This document shows, piece by piece, positions 26,848-36,320 of a stretch of 64,000 nucleotides of DNA. Made by a program: the position numbers and the translations under genes. Under the pieces are notes generated by a model. The model was not told the DNA's origin. It was given only the letters and a program-made list of their open reading frames with translations, and searched no databases. How positions within the stretch are numbered: position 1 is the first letter of the stretch; every line of letters starts with the position of its first letter. This DNA comes from a bacterium (GTDB lineage Bacteria; Lernaellota; Lernaellaia; Lernaellales; Lernaellaceae), in the NCBI GenBank assembly GCA_036725605.1, contig DAIMDW010000021.1, positions 28,044-92,043 of the forward strand, read 5' to 3'.

Positions 26848-27732
26848 GTGAATCTGCAAACCGCCATCGACCAATTCCTCACCCGGCTCGAAGCCGAGGG
26901 TAAAAGCTCGCACACCATCAGCTGCTATCAGCGGGACCTGCGATCGCTTGCGGCATTCGCGGGCGACATCGCCGTCGCCGAACTCACCGAGGACCTGCTG
27001 GCCCGGTTTCTTCTGTCCGACTCCGTAACGAAAACGCACACGGGCGCCCGTCGCGGCCAAGCCAGCATCGGGCGCATAAAGGCCTGCCTGAAATCGTTTG
27101 GGCGCTTTGTGGCCAACGTGGGCGCGACGGGGCGCGACCCCGCCGCATGGATCAAAGTGAAACGCCACCAGCGCGAGACGCCCAGCTATCTGACGCCCCA
27201 GGAGGTCAAGGTCCTGGTGAAAGCCGTGGCGTCCCGCAAGGGCGCGGCAGCCGAACGCGATCTGGTCATGCTGAAGATTCTGCTCGGCACCGGCATCCGG
27301 CTTGCGGAATTGGTCGGGCTGGACATCGCCGATATCAGGCTCGACGACAAGAAGCTGAGGCTTCGCCACACCAAGGGCGGGCATGCCCAGGAACGATTCA
27401 TCGCCACCGACCTGCGCCGCGCCCTGCGAAAATACATCCGCGAACGCAAGAAGGTCGCCGCCGACTCCGAAGCCCTGTTCCTTTCCAACCGCAACACCCG
27501 CATCAGCACCCGCCAGGTGCAGGCCCGCATGAAGCTCTGGCTCGCCTGGGCCGGGCTCGACGGAAAGATCACCGTCCACGGTTTGCGCCACACCTTCGCC
27601 ACGACCCTTTATGGCCGCACCCGCAACCTGCTGCTGGTATCCAAAGCCCTCGGCCACGCCCAGGTCGCCACCACGCAAATCTACGCCCACATCGCCGACG
27701 ACGAACTCGAACAGGCACTCGAAGCCCTTTAG
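26848..27732 (+). CDS. Tyrosine recombinase (XerC/D-like integrase), unit A
   Basis: Catalytic R (GIRLAEL), K (TKGG), HGLRH, LGH, Y (TQIYAH). Confidence 0.93.
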   Translation: MNLQTAIDQFLTRLEAEGKSSHTISCYQRDLRSLAAFAGDIAVAELTEDLLARFLLSDSVTKTHTGARRGQASIGRIKACLKSFGRFVANVGATGRDPAAWIKVKRHQRETPSYLTPQEVKVLVKAVASRKGAAAERDLVMLKILLGTGIRLAELVGLDIADIRLDDKKLRLRHTKGGHAQERFIATDLRRALRKYIRERKKVAADSEALFLSNRNTRISTRQVQARMKLWLAWAGLDGKITVHGLRHTFATTLYGRTRNLLLVSKALGHAQVATTQIYAHIADDELEQALEAL

Positions 27733-27862
27733 AACGACCAGCAGCGCCGCGATTCTTTTATGCGCATAAGGCGTCTTATGAGACGTTCCGTGGAAAATCG
27801 AGACGCGCAACGTCGCGGAACTTCGAGACCCGCCGACCGGACCGCCAACGACTTCTGCGAAC

Positions 27863-28498
27863 TTATTTTTGCGTTTTGCCGTCATCCGTCTCTTTTTCCT
27901 TGGCATCTTTCACGCGGGCCAGCAGAGCCACCGCCCATTCAGCGGGCGTGGTGGTCGGCCCGGAACCGCTGTCGCGCTGGGCGCGGGTGGTTTTCAGGCA
28001 CTCCAGCTGCTTGCGAAAGAGCACGTCGTAATTGCCGACTGCGGCATCGGCATTGCCGAGAACCGCGCAGTGCCACTTGGCGTAATAAAAAGCCGCCATC
28101 GATGCCTGGGCGAGGTCGGTTGATTCGTTGAGATCGAAGTCCCGGTGGATCGCGGCGAGCAGTTCCTCGAAGATCGCCTTCTCCTCGTCGGTCAGCATCT
28201 TTTTCACGTAAGCGCCGTGCTTGAGACCGTTGAGGTTGCCGCGCATCTTTTCCGGCGGCGCACCACCGTGGTTTTTCGGATTGGCACCATGGAAGCGGCA
28301 GACCTTGTAGCCTTCCACGACCGGGCTCTTGCACCGCTGGCCGGTGCTTTTCGATTTCGCCTTGCAGCGAAGGACGCGCCGTCCCAGCACAACAACGAAA
28401 TCATCGTCGTCGCCAACCGGAAGTGAGGCGGCGTTTTGTTCGGCGACATTACCGGGGTTGGATTTCGCTTTTTCGTCGGTTAATTCAGCCATTTTCAC
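27863..28498 (-). CDS. HGGxSTG-domain protein (TerS-like), copy 2
   Basis: RCKAKSKSTGQRCK.P...G..VCRFHG, GNLNGLKHGAY. Confidence 0.78.
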   Translation of the reverse strand: MKMAELTDEKAKSNPGNVAEQNAASLPVGDDDDFVVVLGRRVLRCKAKSKSTGQRCKSPVVEGYKVCRFHGANPKNHGGAPPEKMRGNLNGLKHGAYVKKMLTDEEKAIFEELLAAIHRDFDLNESTDLAQASMAAFYYAKWHCAVLGNADAAVGNYDVLFRKQLECLKTTRAQRDSGSGPTTTPAEWAVALLARVKDAKEKETDDGKTQK

Positions 28499-28619
28499 TC
28501 CGAGTCACGAGGGATTGACCCTCCGATATCGGCCATCTCGCGCCAGGCACTTTCCCCATCAGTAGAAACGATGAACGCGAACCGGCCAATATCAGTGGGT
28601 GGCAAAAACACGTAGACAC

Positions 28620-28865
28620 TTATTTCTTCCCCGCTTTTTGCAAGATGAAACGCACCGCGCCTCTGGTGAGCAGATAGGTGTCCGCGATCTCGGCGATGGA
28701 CTTGCCGTCGTTGAACATCCGAACGACTTCCAGGTTGCGCTTGATCCGTGCGGCGTACTTCCGGGAAGGGATGTAGAGATACCCACCGGAAAAATGGTTC
28801 TGGATTTGCTCGACCAGTTCCGGGGGAAGGATCCCCTCGGCATTGATGTACCGATTGAAGGGCAT
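28620..28865 (-). CDS. Mor/CD3324-like transcription activator
   Basis: Y.NA..ILP.EL...IQ..F.GGYLYIP, RN......G.S..EIA..Y.L....VR.I. Confidence 0.8.
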   Translation of the reverse strand: MPFNRYINAEGILPPELVEQIQNHFSGGYLYIPSRKYAARIKRNLEVVRMFNDGKSIAEIADTYLLTRGAVRFILQKAGKK

Positions 28866-29185
28866 CAGATCCTCACCTCACGCCGGGGGATGGGTTGGGA
28901 CGGCGGCACGATTATTCGCTCGGCGGGCAGATTCTCCTCGAGGTCCTTGATGAATTCCCGGAGGTCGGATTCACCCATCGAATCGTAGTGGGCGCACCGG
29001 ACCTTGCGGCGCGACAGGACGGTATGGAGGGAGTAGGTTTTTTCATTGCCCGCTGAGGTGACCCATTGTCCGGCGGCGCATCGAACCCGACGTTCGCGGG
29101 TTCCATTGCGGGGGCAGGTATGGGTTGAAACCTTGCAGTGGAGACAATTGGCGCAATAGATGTGTGTGGATTTGGTTCTGCTCAT
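28865..29185 (-). CDS. Cys-rich (putative Zn-binding) hypothetical protein
   Basis: YCANCLHCK...VRCAAGQW...C.HYDSMG. Confidence 0.7.
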   Translation of the reverse strand: MSRTKSTHIYCANCLHCKVSTHTCPRNGTRERRVRCAAGQWVTSAGNEKTYSLHTVLSRRKVRCAHYDSMGESDLREFIKDLEENLPAERIIVPPSQPIPRREVRI

Positions 29186-29388
29186 GATTTTCTTTCCTTG
29201 GTTTGGGGTTTGCGAACCGGGGATGACCCGGACGTTTTTCTGTTGAGGGCATAGGGAACCCGGTCGTGAAATTCAGCGCGTTTTCCGGGATTCCAGTGTT
29301 GGACGGGCCTGTAGTATCCGCAGATGCGGGAATAAACTTCAGTGCGAGCCTTGCATTTACCCATTGGCACAGGCCTCCGGGTGAGCAT
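29182..29388 (-). CDS. Stand-alone NrdD C-terminal-like mini protein
   Basis: TEVYSRICGYYRPVQHWNPGKRAEFHDR matches the class III RNR C-terminal peptide. Confidence 0.75.
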   Translation of the reverse strand: MLTRRPVPMGKCKARTEVYSRICGYYRPVQHWNPGKRAEFHDRVPYALNRKTSGSSPVRKPQTKERKS

Positions 29389-29725
29389 CGGCGGGCGGCA
29401 CGAATTCGATGTCGCTGAAAACGGGGATGCCGAGTGAGCGTGCTACTTCGATTTCGCGGGCCGTGCCTTGAGAACCGGCCCAGCCATCGATGAGAACAAC
29501 AAGATCGGAACGGCGCACCATTTCGAGACCGCCGTTGAGAAAGACTTCCTCGGAGGCTGCGCCTGACATGAACGCGGAATTGAGATGCGGGCAGATCACG
29601 GCGTATCCCAGGGACCAGAGGCGTGCGGCCACTTCACGGGCAGCAGCGATGTTTTGGGCGACGTCGTTGTGGGTGCGGCCACGGTACGGACCGGCGGTAT
29701 ATGCTACTTTCATTTTCTCCTCCAT
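29357..29725 (-). CDS. DUF4406/DUF1937 (nucleoside 2-deoxyribosyltransferase-like fold) protein
   Basis: YTAGPYRG, G..VICPHLN, W..SQG...E...A. Confidence 0.78.
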   Translation of the reverse strand: MEEKMKVAYTAGPYRGRTHNDVAQNIAAAREVAARLWSLGYAVICPHLNSAFMSGAASEEVFLNGGLEMVRRSDLVVLIDGWAGSQGTAREIEVARSLGIPVFSDIEFVPPADAHPEACANG

Positions 29726-30492
29726 CAGAACAGCCGGGCCTGTTGCGGCGGCTGCGTGGGTTTGGGTTGAGGGGGTTGGGTTTCGGGTTTCGGTGGTGAC
29801 GTGGGAGCCGGACTTGGGGTGTAAAAATCCTCCGGAATATCCCGCTGCGGTCCCACGTATGTGATTTCGCTCCCGGGAAATGCGTGCATCACCATCGAAA
29901 GTTTGCGCAGGTCCTCGGCGGAAATTTCGATGCGATCCTGGCCAGCCCTGTCGGTGTAATCGGGAACGAGCGTGAAATCCCCGGGCTTGGATTTGACGTG
30001 GACCTCGACGCCCAGGGCCTTGAACGACTCGACGTCCTTGGGCGTGAGTTCGCGGGAGACGAGGGTCGCGGCGCAGTCTTCAGCGGATTCATGGTCGAAC
30101 CCGCCGTCAAATTCCATGATCGCCGCGCGTTCGTCCCAAGACTCGACGATACCGATGGCATGGTCATGGGTGGGCGCGACATATAATTTCTCGTCCAGGG
30201 TGTCCAGCGCCGTGAGCAGAGCCTTGTCGCCGAGGTGCTCCAGTGCCCAGGTGTTTATCGCGTTGAACCGCTGGCGCAGAGTTTTCCAGGTTTGGGCTGC
30301 CAGCTTACCGGCTTCGTGCGCTTTTTTGGCTCGCTCCATCCGGCGACGAAGCCAGGCGTAGTACGGGGCATCGAGGCGGCGATAAACGGTATTGCCGATC
30401 ATCACGTCCTGGGGATGGTCGGGGGCATTTTCCAGTGTGATGTGCCTCAGGTCCGTGGCGACGCGCAGGGCGACCTTGTTTTTTTCACTCAT
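29725..30492 (-). CDS. Hypothetical protein
   Basis: Coupled to neighbours; contains WDERAAIMEFDGG, a motif often seen next to primases in such elements. Confidence 0.65.
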   Translation of the reverse strand: MSEKNKVALRVATDLRHITLENAPDHPQDVMIGNTVYRRLDAPYYAWLRRRMERAKKAHEAGKLAAQTWKTLRQRFNAINTWALEHLGDKALLTALDTLDEKLYVAPTHDHAIGIVESWDERAAIMEFDGGFDHESAEDCAATLVSRELTPKDVESFKALGVEVHVKSKPGDFTLVPDYTDRAGQDRIEISAEDLRKLSMVMHAFPGSEITYVGPQRDIPEDFYTPSPAPTSPPKPETQPPQPKPTQPPQQARLF

Positions 30493-33400
30493 GGTCTTCC
30501 TCCTGGGGATCGAAGTCGGCCAAATCGCCGGAAAGCGTTTTGCGGTGGGTTGGGTGGGTTGCGGTGTGTTCTCCAGCAGATTCTTCCTGCGCGCCCGCGT
30601 ACGCGGACCGGGAATTATTCACCGCACTCACCGCATTCACCGTGGAGCATTGATTTTGTTGAGGATTTTCCTGCGGTGAGTCTGCGGTGGGTTGATTTGA
30701 CTCACCGCGCGGTTTTTCGGCCTTTTTGGAAAAGAGATCGACTATTTCACCGGGTGTTCTGCCTTCGCCGTCGCTGACATTGACGAGGCCGTAGGTCTGG
30801 TTTTTGGTTCTGGGATTTCGCTGGATCGATATCCGGTAAATATCAAACTGCCGATCGCGCATGGCGCTGAGGGCTCGTCCGAGCCGAATCTTCTGGGACT
30901 GGGGGCCCTTGTCGCCGATGGTTGCGGAGAGCAGTCCCCGCTCAGTGGCAAGACCCAGGAGTTCGGCAGCGGCCACATATCGCGGCCCGAACCGATCCCA
31001 CCATTCGGCGGTGAACTCCCGCCATTCGTTGCCCTCGTGGTCGGCGGCTTCATATAGTTCTTCGAGATCACCGAGAAAACCGGGGATATCAGCGAACTTC
31101 AGGATGCCGCCGATGGTGCGTGCCCAGGAATCGAAGGACCCGAACGATACTTTTTCCGTCTTTTGGCCCGCGACAACCCAGCCGCGAATGATGGTAAGAA
31201 GCGCGGTGATCAGTGCGGATCTGTTGCGCTCTACCCAGTCATCAAGGGGAGAGTGTTTAAACCCCGAGAGCAACCACGGCCGATCATGATGGGAGTCGAT
31301 TCGGATGCGAACGCAGCGCCGGGCGATCTCCAGGGTAAGCGTGGGATTGTTGGCGGTGGCAAGCCAGAGCGCATTGTTGGGTAAGGTGACGATATGGCTG
31401 GAACCCAGGATGCGGTCGCTCCACTCGGTGTCCGTAAGCACGCTGGCCAAGAATGCCGACCTGATGCCCCCGGAAATATTGTCGAGGAGGATGATTTGGG
31501 GTGCGCGGCTCAGTATCGATGTGAATTTCTTGGCGTTTTCTCCCTCGTCCCTGACGAGCGGCAAACTGGCGGCTTCCTTTTTGGCGAGGGCGATTTTCGA
31601 TATCGCTTTTGCAAGCAGCGACTTTCCGGTGCCCGGTGATGGTGATTCGATCAGGTGCAAGGGCGTCGGCCCCTGGATCATGCGGCGCACAAAGGGATGC
31701 AACAGCGCGGCGATGGCATGGGCGCGATCCGATGGGGCCGTGAACGGAAAATCGACGAGCAGGTCGTTGATCAGCAGGGAGCGTGCCTCGGCCACCTGGG
31801 AATCGGTGGGGTGCTCGGGAACATTCACCGGTTCGAAGCCGCGTGGACGATGAAGCCAGAGTCGAGCATCACGGTGATATCCCGGCGCTTGGACGAGGCT
31901 GCCGTTTCGATCAAAAGTGGGGGTGGTTGCAACGCTTTCCAACGGAGGAAGCGAGTGATGCGGCCGCTTCACCATAACCATCGGAAGTTCCTTGGGCGGA
32001 TTGGCGGGCAACTCCATGTCGGGAGTTCGCCGAACCCAAGAGGCGATGCTGCATAAGTGATCGAACATGATGGTGGCGTCCACGGGAATGATTTCCGGGG
32101 TGTCTTTGAAAAAGGTCAGGCACACCGGGGAGCCGGTTCTCATGAACAGCTTCGGCGGATAATTGGAGGACTGAACCGCCGCCCAAGCCTCATCGCGGAT
32201 GTAGCGAAAATGGCGGTTGTTCACGATGATGGTGGGAAGGCGGGGGCCATCACCACCATTACTTTTCGGGCCATCACCCATTACTTTTTGGGCCTTCGGA
32301 CCATTACTTTTTGGCTGAATGTAATGGTCGGGCATTACTTTCGGGGTTGCTGAACCATTACTTTCCGCCTCGATGTAATGGTCTCCATTACTTTTGGCAT
32401 TACTTTCGGTTTCGGATGTAATGGTCGCGGTGGGTTCCGCCATTACTTTTTGCGGTAAAATGTAATGGTCTTGCTCGTTGCGGAGGATCTGTTCGTCTTT
32501 CGCCATACGGTGGAGCAGGACGCGAGTCGAGTTTTGATCGCGTCCCAGGCGCTCGGCGACGTCTTTGGGAGCAAGAGGCTCCTCGGCCTCAATAAGGCAT
32601 TCCAGAATCTCCCGGCGCTTTTTCGATTTGACCCCGTCGACCAATTCCGCCGGATCGATGTCCATGAACTCGGCGATCTCCTCGTCCGTGGGCAACGGCG
32701 GGTGATCATGTCTCGGCGGCTCCCATCCGGCCTTTTTCGCCATATCGAACAGGGTGCCGAGGGTGACGCCGCCGCCGGACGAGAAGCTCCCCCACTTGTC
32801 CTCGGGTTCACAGGCCACGTATTTGTCGCCGCGAGCGCTCCACGAATCCCAGATGGAAAGTCCGGCCTGCGGTTCCCATTCGTGGAGAGCCATGCCGATC
32901 CGGACCCAGTCGTCGTAGGAACAGTCGGGGGATATGGAGTCCAGGGCAGAGATGACGAGATCGGAGTCGGTTGCCGGATAATCGGAGGGGCCAGATGATG
33001 GGCTGCGGGGCCCGGTACTTTTCTCCTGCCTCTTGGGCCTCTTCTTTAAAACCACATTGCACAAATCATCCGGCACCTGGTCAACGATGGCGGCGAGATC
33101 GGCAACTGAAAACCGTTCGAATTCCTGGGGATCGCTGGGCGCGGGTTCGCCATCGTCGCCGACCACGTAAAACCTGTTGCCGCCGTCCTTCGCATCGAAC
33201 CAGAACGGCAACCAGACTAGGTTGCCCGCCGAGTGCTTGGTGCTGCTCACCTTGTTCTGTTTCGGGAAGCATTCGATGCCCCTGTTGGTGCGTACATCTG
33301 CGATCTCGCCGGTAACCAGGGGTTGATCGACCGGTGCAATGAAATGGCCGAGCAGTCTGGCATCAACAGCCGGAACCGGCTCTTCGAAAAACACCCAGAG

Positions 33401-33871
33401 ATGCCATCCGGCGCCGCTGCCCGATTTTTCGATGTGGACGGGGATGCCGAGTTCGCAACACCGTTGGTAGCACACCATCATCGTTGCCAGCGGATCAGCC
33501 AGCGTCGTGCCCTTGGAGTGATCGGCGCCCGGGCCGTCGAAATCGAGACAAAGCCAGGAGGCGGTATCATCGGGGGCGACCGAATAGCTTCCCAGACGAT
33601 CAAAACCCCGCCCATCGGCAACTTGGCCGGATGTTCTGCGATTGATGTAATTGAGCGGCGGGGCCTTGCCGCCGGACGGTCCGACCACATGGAAAGCGAT
33701 GAGATCGCCAAGGGCCTTCTCTTCCCGAACAGGACGCGGCCGGGATTTCGTTTCTCCGGATTTGCGATCCACCCACGATTGGCAGGCCGCGACGATGTCG
33801 ATCCGGGCAAAAAAGTATTCGCGCAACAGGCGACAGGCTTTTTCTTGCTCCGAGGTCAACCGCCTACCCAT
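30485..33871 (-). CDS. Replication protein: AEP (TOTE-type) primase + PriCT-2 + wHTH + NTPase/helicase, unit A
   Basis: WLCLDFDG, HIEKSGSG.GWHLWVFF, SYDDWVRIGMALH...WD.WS..G.KY, SPSPGTGKS, ILLDNI; start at GGAGG-preceded ATG 33871. Confidence 0.85.
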   Translation of the reverse strand: MGRRLTSEQEKACRLLREYFFARIDIVAACQSWVDRKSGETKSRPRPVREEKALGDLIAFHVVGPSGGKAPPLNYINRRTSGQVADGRGFDRLGSYSVAPDDTASWLCLDFDGPGADHSKGTTLADPLATMMVCYQRCCELGIPVHIEKSGSGAGWHLWVFFEEPVPAVDARLLGHFIAPVDQPLVTGEIADVRTNRGIECFPKQNKVSSTKHSAGNLVWLPFWFDAKDGGNRFYVVGDDGEPAPSDPQEFERFSVADLAAIVDQVPDDLCNVVLKKRPKRQEKSTGPRSPSSGPSDYPATDSDLVISALDSISPDCSYDDWVRIGMALHEWEPQAGLSIWDSWSARGDKYVACEPEDKWGSFSSGGGVTLGTLFDMAKKAGWEPPRHDHPPLPTDEEIAEFMDIDPAELVDGVKSKKRREILECLIEAEEPLAPKDVAERLGRDQNSTRVLLHRMAKDEQILRNEQDHYILPQKVMAEPTATITSETESNAKSNGDHYIEAESNGSATPKVMPDHYIQPKSNGPKAQKVMGDGPKSNGGDGPRLPTIIVNNRHFRYIRDEAWAAVQSSNYPPKLFMRTGSPVCLTFFKDTPEIIPVDATIMFDHLCSIASWVRRTPDMELPANPPKELPMVMVKRPHHSLPPLESVATTPTFDRNGSLVQAPGYHRDARLWLHRPRGFEPVNVPEHPTDSQVAEARSLLINDLLVDFPFTAPSDRAHAIAALLHPFVRRMIQGPTPLHLIESPSPGTGKSLLAKAISKIALAKKEAASLPLVRDEGENAKKFTSILSRAPQIILLDNISGGIRSAFLASVLTDTEWSDRILGSSHIVTLPNNALWLATANNPTLTLEIARRCVRIRIDSHHDRPWLLSGFKHSPLDDWVERNRSALITALLTIIRGWVVAGQKTEKVSFGSFDSWARTIGGILKFADIPGFLGDLEELYEAADHEGNEWREFTAEWWDRFGPRYVAAAELLGLATERGLLSATIGDKGPQSQKIRLGRALSAMRDRQFDIYRISIQRNPRTKNQTYGLVNVSDGEGRTPGEIVDLFSKKAEKPRGESNQPTADSPQENPQQNQCSTVNAVSAVNNSRSAYAGAQEESAGEHTATHPTHRKTLSGDLADFDPQEEDHE
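30542..30708. repeat. CACCGC/GCGGTG iteron-like repeats in the 3' end of primase A
   Basis: About 8 direct and inverted copies within 170 bp. Confidence 0.5.
32257..32470. repeat. Intragenic iteron cluster: 8x CATTACTTT and 4x TGTAATGGTC
   Basis: Counted directly; encodes the KSNG/KVM/DHYI repeats between the wHTH and helicase parts of primase A. Confidence 0.8.
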
Positions 33872-36095
33872 GGATCGCCTCCTGGGTAAGCCCGTCCTTT
33901 CGCCAAAGACCAAGGAAGGTGCTGCGATTGTCGTTGGCCTGTTTCTGGGCGCAGTTTCGGATGCCCCAACGATCGCCGATGATGATCGTCGTTTCCTGGG
34001 CGCGGGATACGCCGGTGTAAAAGAGGTTCTGGCTGTGCATGAACGAATGGCTCTTGTGGATCACCACGACCGCACAGGGAAATTCGCTGCCCTGGGTCTG
34101 GTGGATCGTGAGGGCATAGGCCAGCTGCAGGTCGCTGAGATTGCCGTCGGATCGTTTGAGAAGGACCTCGGCGTTTTCGAATCGGACGCGCAGGTCGCCA
34201 TTGGCGAAAACCTGGGTCACGCGCCCGATGGAGCCGTTCATAATGCCGAGGTCATAGTTGTTGCGGCGCTGGATGACCTTGTCGTGAAGCAGGAACCGGG
34301 GGCGGCGATTGGCTTTTACGGGCTCGACATCGACGCCGTACAGCTTTTTCTGAATGAGCCGCTGGAGTTCGAGATTCAATTCCTCGACGCCGAGCGGATC
34401 CTTTCGCTTGGGCGTGAGCAACTGGACGTCCTCGATGAGATCGAAACCCAACTTGTCGGCCAGGATGGAATCATAGAGATCGCAAACGAGCCGCCGCACA
34501 TCCCAGGCGTCAGTAAAATTGTCGATCCGGTACCAGGGGCGACGACCGCTGGGCAACACCGATTCCGAAGTCTTGGCGACCTTACCGGACAGCACATCAA
34601 TGGAGTTTTGCCGAAGCTCACCGGCCTGCCGAACGATATCAGTGAGCACCACGCCGGGCACGATGCCGGTATGGATCAGGTCGCGCAGCAGATCACCGGG
34701 GCCAACCGGCGGCAGCTGGTTATGGTCGCCGACGAAGACTACGGCGGTTTTGTCGTGATCAATGGAGCGCAGCAGACGCCACGCCAGCGGGATATCCACC
34801 ATTGATGATTCGTCGATGACAATAATGTCGCAGTCGATGGGATCATCCGGACCTTTGCCCCACTCATGACCGTTGTATTCCAGTAACCGATGGATGGTGG
34901 ATGCGCGTATGCCGACCACCTCCTCAAGTCTGCGGGCGGCTTTGCCGGTGGGCGCACAGAGAACCACCCGGAAACCGAGGGATTCATAGAGCCGAGCCAA
35001 TTCACCGACTGTGAAAGTCTTGCCGCTTCCACCACCGCCGGAAATCGTGACAATCTGGTTGGTGAGCGCAACGACAACCGCTTCGCGCTGTTTGGGATTG
35101 AGGTCGGGACAGAGTTTACCATCACGCACCTGTTGCCAGATGCCGAGCAGGTCCATCACCAGGGGGTGGTCACGGTCGCCGTTGCGAAGCCAACCCTCGA
35201 CCTCCCGCTCCATCATGTGGATGGACTTTCGAGCCACAAGCCAACGCCCGTCATGGGAATCGCACGCGAGCTTGCCCGCTTTGATCAAACCATCCAATTC
35301 GTGTTCGATAATGTCACGGGAGTTCAGGGCGTCCATTATTAGGAGCCTGTTGGCCTGTTCGATGAGGTCTGATTCCTCGATCCAGGTGTGCCCTTTGTCG
35401 AGGGCGGTATCGACGCAATCGATTATTCCGGCACGAACACGCGGTGGAAAGTCCTTGGCGATGCCGATCTTCCGGGCAATGGCATCAACTCGCTTGAAGC
35501 CGAAGCCGCGTACGTCCCGCACGATGAGATACGGGTTGTTCTTGATGATAGATACCGCGTCGTTCTCATATTTTTCGATGAGCGTTCGGATCTGATGATG
35601 AGTAAGACCAAAGGCGGAAAGCTCCGATGCGGCCACGTTGCTGGCCTGGCGCTGCATCCATTCGGTCCGAATGTTGCGGGCCGCTTCGATTGTGATGGGA
35701 CCGGCTTTGGCGATCGCCTCGGGGTTTTCCACGATGATCTTGCCGAAATCCCGACCGAACTTTTCCGCAATGCGCCGAGCTTTAACAGGGCCAAGGCCGA
35801 CAAAAACAGGATTGTCCGCAAGATATCGTGCAAGCCCTTCCTCGGATAGATTGAGATCGTGCGTGAGCGTCTCGGTTTTGAACTGTCGCTGATATTTGGA
35901 ATGCATTTCCCAGTCGCCGTGGAGCACAACTTGCTCGCCGACCGCCGCGACAACGGTTCCGGCAAAGTTGATCAGCTTGCCGTTGTCGTCCCGTTTCAGG
36001 CGTCCAGCCGTATAGGTCGGCGATGAAAAAAAGAGGTGCTCCACCCGTCCGGAAATGGATTTTGATTCATGTTCGATGTGGGATGCCGTTTTCAA
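33864..36095 (-). CDS. recD2: RecD2-like SF1B ATP-dependent helicase
   Basis: NPY.....V.GFGFKRVD.IA, Walker A variant GGGGSGKT, IDESSMVD, GDHNQLPPVGPG, LAYALTIHQTQGSEF, LFYTGVSRA. Confidence 0.9.
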   Translation of the reverse strand: MKTASHIEHESKSISGRVEHLFFSSPTYTAGRLKRDDNGKLINFAGTVVAAVGEQVVLHGDWEMHSKYQRQFKTETLTHDLNLSEEGLARYLADNPVFVGLGPVKARRIAEKFGRDFGKIIVENPEAIAKAGPITIEAARNIRTEWMQRQASNVAASELSAFGLTHHQIRTLIEKYENDAVSIIKNNPYLIVRDVRGFGFKRVDAIARKIGIAKDFPPRVRAGIIDCVDTALDKGHTWIEESDLIEQANRLLIMDALNSRDIIEHELDGLIKAGKLACDSHDGRWLVARKSIHMMEREVEGWLRNGDRDHPLVMDLLGIWQQVRDGKLCPDLNPKQREAVVVALTNQIVTISGGGGSGKTFTVGELARLYESLGFRVVLCAPTGKAARRLEEVVGIRASTIHRLLEYNGHEWGKGPDDPIDCDIIVIDESSMVDIPLAWRLLRSIDHDKTAVVFVGDHNQLPPVGPGDLLRDLIHTGIVPGVVLTDIVRQAGELRQNSIDVLSGKVAKTSESVLPSGRRPWYRIDNFTDAWDVRRLVCDLYDSILADKLGFDLIEDVQLLTPKRKDPLGVEELNLELQRLIQKKLYGVDVEPVKANRRPRFLLHDKVIQRRNNYDLGIMNGSIGRVTQVFANGDLRVRFENAEVLLKRSDGNLSDLQLAYALTIHQTQGSEFPCAVVVIHKSHSFMHSQNLFYTGVSRAQETTIIIGDRWGIRNCAQKQANDNRSTFLGLWRKDGLTQEAIHG

Positions 36096-36102
36096 CTGTC
36101 AT

Positions 36103-36207
36103 GCCTTTCCTTTATGCTTCGATTCGTTCGGTTCCATTCCGTTTTGATCCGATCCACTCATCTTCATTCGTTTTTCAATTCCACCGGCCGAGGCCGACTC
36201 GATTCGA
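36103..36207 (-). repeat. Pentamer array 3 (21 in-phase 5-mers, NN+GRA, more degenerate)
   Basis: ...gtGGA tcGGA tcAAA acGGA atGGA acCGA acGAA tcGAA gcATA aaGGA. Confidence 0.7.
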
Positions 36208-36225
36208 CCACGGACGCTGAAATCG

Positions 36226-36310
36226 ACCTTTTCAATCCTTTCCATTCCGCTTCATTGCCTTCCGGTCTGATTTCCTCCTATCCCCTTCCGTCCGATTTCT
36301 TCCGTTACTG
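36226..36310 (-). repeat. Pentamer array 2 (17 units, 13 ending G-N-A)
   Basis: caGTA acGGA agAAA tcGGA cgGAA ggGGA taGGA ggAAA tcAGA ccGGA agGCA atGAA gcGGA atGGA aaGGA ttGAA aaGGT. Confidence 0.85.
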
Positions 36311-36320
36311 ATCACTGCGG

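Noticed and set aside
24535-27906. 1123-aa minus-strand ORF (also 9780-11117, 47776-48966, 50155-51312, 57602-58579, 33651-34805)
   Set aside because: Antisense shadows of well-supported genes in high-GC DNA; no recognisable motifs
29182-29388. Functional anaerobic ribonucleotide reductase nrdD
   Set aside because: Only the 68-aa C-terminal peptide is present, with no catalytic barrel and no nrdG
36023-36311. Plus-strand ORFs 36023-36220 and 36069-36311 over the arrays
   Set aside because: F/R/S/P-rich translations are by-products of the pentamer repeat on the antisense strand, with no SD
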